Made by a program: the position numbers and the translations under genes
The notes under the pieces: generated by a model
Databases searched by the model: none
What the model was told of the DNA's origin: nothing
What the model saw: the letters and a program-made list of their open reading frames with translations, nothing else
Assembly (NCBI RefSeq): GCF_014280175.1
Contig: NZ_CP047931.1
Span: forward strand, 180,001 to 212,000
Direction of reading: 5' to 3'
DNA length: 32,000 nucleotides
Origin: Synechococcus sp. A15-28
GTDB lineage: Bacteria; Cyanobacteriota; Cyanobacteriia; PCC-6307; Cyanobiaceae
Part shown: piece by piece, positions 29,368 through 32,000 of the stretch
How positions within the stretch are numbered: the first letter of the stretch is position 1
Layout of the letters: every line of letters starts with the position of its first letter

Positions 29368-29730
29368 GCCAGGACTGCTGTTGATTCGGGGCCTCGGTCA
29401 CAGCGGCAGCACCATCCTTGATCTGGCGTTGGGGGCCCATCCCCAGGTGGTGGGCCTAGGTGAGGTGGCGCATCAATCGCCGCTGGGAGCAACGCTCGAA
29501 CCATTTCGGCTGTGCGTTGTTCCGGCTTGGCTACGAGGAGTTGGCCCTGGCTCCTGAGCAAATCCTGAGGCAGCTCTGCTCATGGCTTGAGGTTGATTTC
29601 GATCAGACGATGCTGCAGCCGGGCTGAACTCCAGCAGCCACATCGTCAGTTGACCCCCTCCGTGGCCCAACCGAACCGTCGCCTGGTGTACGGCAATGGG
29701 TTGCTTGGTGACACGTGGCCCTGCGTCTAG
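29360..29730 (+). pseudogene. Decayed paralogue of the type-A sulfotransferase (24320-25174)
   Basis: MAEPGLLLIRGLGHSGSTILDLALGAHPQVVGLGE (from ATG 29360) matches MSSQRLKLLLIRGLGHSGTTMLDLALGAHPQIIGLGE. Homology then resumes in other frames. INRRWEQRSNHFGCALFRLGYEELALAPEQILRQLCSWLEVDFDQTMLQPG-stop (29472-29627) matches ...VNAKFERSFRQSPYPVFHLGYEEFALQPQRSLELLSTWLSIDFQDSMLAPGQ. NSSSHIVS-stop (29627-29653) matches NSSSHILAG. VAQPNRRLVYGNGLL (29662-29706) matches VARMNRRLVYSNGLL-stop. About 145 central codons, including the IIHLVRD motif, are missing. Confidence 0.85.
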
Positions 29731-30466
29731 CCTCCACACCAATCACCTAACGCACGTGTCGACCGTTCCTGCGCCGATTCCGATTTTCATCGGCTACGAC
29801 CCAAGGGAACGGGCCGCCACCAATGTGCTCATCGACAGCTTGTATCAGCACAGCAGTGTGCCGCTGGCGATCACTCCGCTGGTTACACCTCAGTTGGAAG
29901 CACAGGGTCTTTACCAGCGTGAGCGGGATCCAAAGCAGAGCACCGCGTTTTCCTTCACCCGCTTTCTCGTGCCCCATCTGATGGGATACCAGGGCTGGGC
30001 CCTGTTCATGGACTGCGACATGCTCTGTCGGGGGGACATCAAGCAGCTTTGGGACCAGCGGGACGATGCCTATGGCGCCATGTGTGTGCAGCACGAGCAT
30101 GTGCCGGGTGAGACGGTGAAGTTCCTGGGTGAGGTGCAGAGCGCCTACCCCAAGAAGAACTGGAGTTCGCTGATGCTGCTCAACTGCAGCCGCTGCTCAA
30201 AGCTCACTGTTGATTACGTCAACAGCGCCAGTGGTCTGGAACTGCATCGTTTCCACTGGCTGGAGGGTGACCACGAGATCGGTGCCATCCAGGGCGGTTG
30301 GAATCATCTGGTGGATGTGCAGGCACCACCGGAGCCTCTGGATGCGTCGCCGATGCTGCACTGGACTCTTGGGGGGCCCTGGTTCCGGGAACAGCGCACG
30401 ATGGGTGGACCGTTGGCGGCGGAGTGGTTCAGCGCCCGCGATGACGCAATGAAACTCTGGGACTGA
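29696..30466 (+). CDS. Nucleotide-diphospho-sugar (GT-A fold, GT8-like) glycosyltransferase
   Basis: IPIFIGYDPRE at the N-terminus, TRFLVPHL, and DxD-type motif ALFMDCDMLCRGDIKQLW, resembling LPS-core GT8 enzymes. The start is uncertain: ATG 29696 lies inside the sulfotransferase relic, and the in-frame GTG 29756 is an alternative. Confidence 0.65.
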   Translation: MGCLVTRGPASSLHTNHLTHVSTVPAPIPIFIGYDPRERAATNVLIDSLYQHSSVPLAITPLVTPQLEAQGLYQRERDPKQSTAFSFTRFLVPHLMGYQGWALFMDCDMLCRGDIKQLWDQRDDAYGAMCVQHEHVPGETVKFLGEVQSAYPKKNWSSLMLLNCSRCSKLTVDYVNSASGLELHRFHWLEGDHEIGAIQGGWNHLVDVQAPPEPLDASPMLHWTLGGPWFREQRTMGGPLAAEWFSARDDAMKLWD

Positions 30467-31245
30467 TGGCGATTCAACATGCGGTGGTGGCGGTTCCGGC
30501 CCGTTTGCAGTCCTCCCGGCTGCCGAACAAGGTGCTGGCGGATATCGGTGGCAAGCCGATGATCCAGAGGGTGCTCGAGCGGTGTCGTGAAGCGACCGCA
30601 GTGCAGGCGGTGGTGCTCTGCACCGACAGCACGGAGCTGCAGGAGATGGCGGAAGGCTGGGGCTTCCCGGTGCTGATGACCGCCGCTTCCTGCAGTTCCG
30701 GCAGTGAGCGCATCGCGTCGGTGGCTCAGGAGCTGATGGCGCTGGCCTGGGGGGAGAGCCCGGCAGTGGCCGAGCAGACCGCCGTGATCAACGTGCAGGG
30801 AGATCAGCCATTCATCGATCCATCGGTCATCGACGCGATGGTGGCCGAGTTCAAGCGGCTGGATCCCGTTCCAGCGGTAGTGACGCCGGTGTATCGCTTG
30901 AAACCGGAGACGGTTCACAATCCCAATGTGGTGAAGACCCTGTTGGCCCATGACGGGCGGGCTCTTTACTTCTCCCGGTCTGCCATTCCCCACGTGCGTG
31001 ATGTCGATCCTGCGGATTGGCACCGCCACACCAACTACTGGGGGCATGTGGGGATGTACGGCTTCCTGGGGGATGTGCTGGCGGCGTGGGATCAGCTGCC
31101 CCCTTCACCCCTGGAGGATCTGGAGCGGCTGGAGCAGTTGCGCCTGATCGAGGCTGGTCACACCATCGCCACCTTCCCCGTGGCTGGAACCTCTCTGTCG
31201 GTGGATACGGCGGAGCAGTTGGAACAGGCGCGCTCCATGGTCTGA
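30466..31245 (+). CDS. kdsB: 3-deoxy-manno-octulosonate cytidylyltransferase (CMP-Kdo synthetase)
   Basis: Colinear with E. coli KdsB from memory: VPARLQSSRLPNKVLADIGGKPMIQRVLERC, SGSERI, INVQGDQPFIDP, NPNVVKTLL, ALYFSRSAIP, PSPLEDLERLEQLRLIEAG. The ATG overlaps the upstream stop by 1 nt (TGATG at 30464-30468). Confidence 0.95.
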   Translation: MAIQHAVVAVPARLQSSRLPNKVLADIGGKPMIQRVLERCREATAVQAVVLCTDSTELQEMAEGWGFPVLMTAASCSSGSERIASVAQELMALAWGESPAVAEQTAVINVQGDQPFIDPSVIDAMVAEFKRLDPVPAVVTPVYRLKPETVHNPNVVKTLLAHDGRALYFSRSAIPHVRDVDPADWHRHTNYWGHVGMYGFLGDVLAAWDQLPPSPLEDLERLEQLRLIEAGHTIATFPVAGTSLSVDTAEQLEQARSMV

Positions 31246-31253
31246 GTCCTGAC

Positions 31254-32000
31254 TCAGTTCTCCCGGCACCAACGGCTGGCAGTGGGCCAGAGCTGATGCA
31301 GGTCAAGTTCAGGGAAATGTTGCTGCACCGCCGCCAGGGTCGGGGCCTGCCATCGCCCCAACTGGTGGAGAAGCTCCTCCGGCAGCTCCGTGTCGTTGCG
31401 GCTCACGTTCACCTGTTGATCCCATTGCGGTTCTCTGTACGGAACACCGAGGAACCGGCAGAGATCAGCCCAGCAGTCCCGATGAAACAGCTGCTCGTAG
31501 GTGGCGATGAAGCAGTGCTTCAGGCCGAAGCTCTCCTTAAGAGCCGTGAGGGTGTGGCCGTAGTCGCTGCGCAACGTGATCCGTTCGGGACGCTCGCGGC
31601 AGAGGTCCTGCAGGGTCTGGATTTCTCCCGCACTGTCCTGAAGCCCCTGCTTGCGCCGCTTCATGCGCACACTTGACACGATGCGTTCGATCGGGTCTCG
31701 CATCAGGAACACCGGTCGCAGCGGAATGCCATGGGCATGCAAGCCATGGTCAATGGCACGCAGGGTGGCGGCGCTGAGCCCGCAGTAGGAGGGCGTGATG
31801 TCCCCGGTGAGCTGGATGCCTGGTCGCCGCAGCAGGCTCGCGAAGTAGGCGTAGTAGCGCTCCGGTCGGTCCAGAAAACGCTGGCGACGCCAGGTGCGGG
31901 GCTTCAACAACGAGCGGCGGCTCCGGCCGCTGAAGCCTGCGGCCGGCAGGGTGAGCGCGTCATGAATGTGGTACTCCTTCAGGAAGCCGAAATCAGCGTC
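31254..32000 (-). CDS. PAPS-dependent sulfotransferase, type B paralogue; N-terminus lies beyond the right edge
   Basis: The frame is open to position 32000. My own translation of the last bases gives DADFGFLKEYHIHDAL..., matching KDADFGFLKEYHVFDAL of the 25197-26027 protein. The rest is colinear with that protein (TGDITPSYCGLSA vs TGDITPSYAGLSA; VFLMRDPIERIVS vs VFIMRDPVERFLS). The track start at 31910 is an internal alternative codon. Confidence 0.8.
   Translation of the reverse strand, partial: DADFGFLKEYHIHDALTLPAAGFSGRSRRSLLKPRTWRRQRFLDRPERYYAYFASLLRRPGIQLTGDITPSYCGLSAATLRAIDHGLHAHGIPLRPVFLMRDPIERIVSSVRMKRRKQGLQDSAGEIQTLQDLCRERPERITLRSDYGHTLTALKESFGLKHCFIATYEQLFHRDCWADLCRFLGVPYREPQWDQQVNVSRNDTELPEELLHQLGRWQAPTLAAVQQHFPELDLHQLWPTASRWCREN

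Overview
High-G+C chromosomal segment. Gene content (phycobilin heme oxygenase, GlcE/GlcF glycolate oxidase subunits, glgP, icd) and composition suggest a marine or brackish picocyanobacterium of the Synechococcus/Cyanobium type; this is an inference, no search was possible. Many long ORFs in the track are antisense artefacts of the high G+C content and are rejected below.

Layout:
- 1-11.4 kb, housekeeping metabolism: glgP (open at the left edge, so missing from the ORF track), a CPA2 cation/proton antiporter, an alpha/beta hydrolase, an aldose-1-epimerase-like protein, glcE, a DUF1537-type acid-sugar kinase, glcF and icd.
- 11.4-14.3 kb: a GtrB/ArnC-like polyprenyl-phosphate glycosyltransferase converges on a GtrA::YdjC (ChbG/NaxD/HpnK-like deacetylase) fusion gene. 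That fusion gene is ATGA-coupled to a Pfs/MtnN-like nucleosidase.
- 14.3-15.6 kb: an orphan ORF and heme oxygenase ho1.
- 15.6-32 kb, a cell-surface glycan locus, the most interesting part of the window: six glycosyltransferases, one fused MsbA/PglK-type ABC exporter with distinctly lower G+C, kdsA and kdsB (CMP-Kdo supply), three intact sulfotransferases of two types and a decayed fourth copy. A housekeeping UvrD/PcrA helicase sits in the middle.

Four of the glycosyltransferases and one sulfotransferase are chained by start/stop overlaps. No rRNA, tRNA, CRISPR array, transposase or integrase was recognised.
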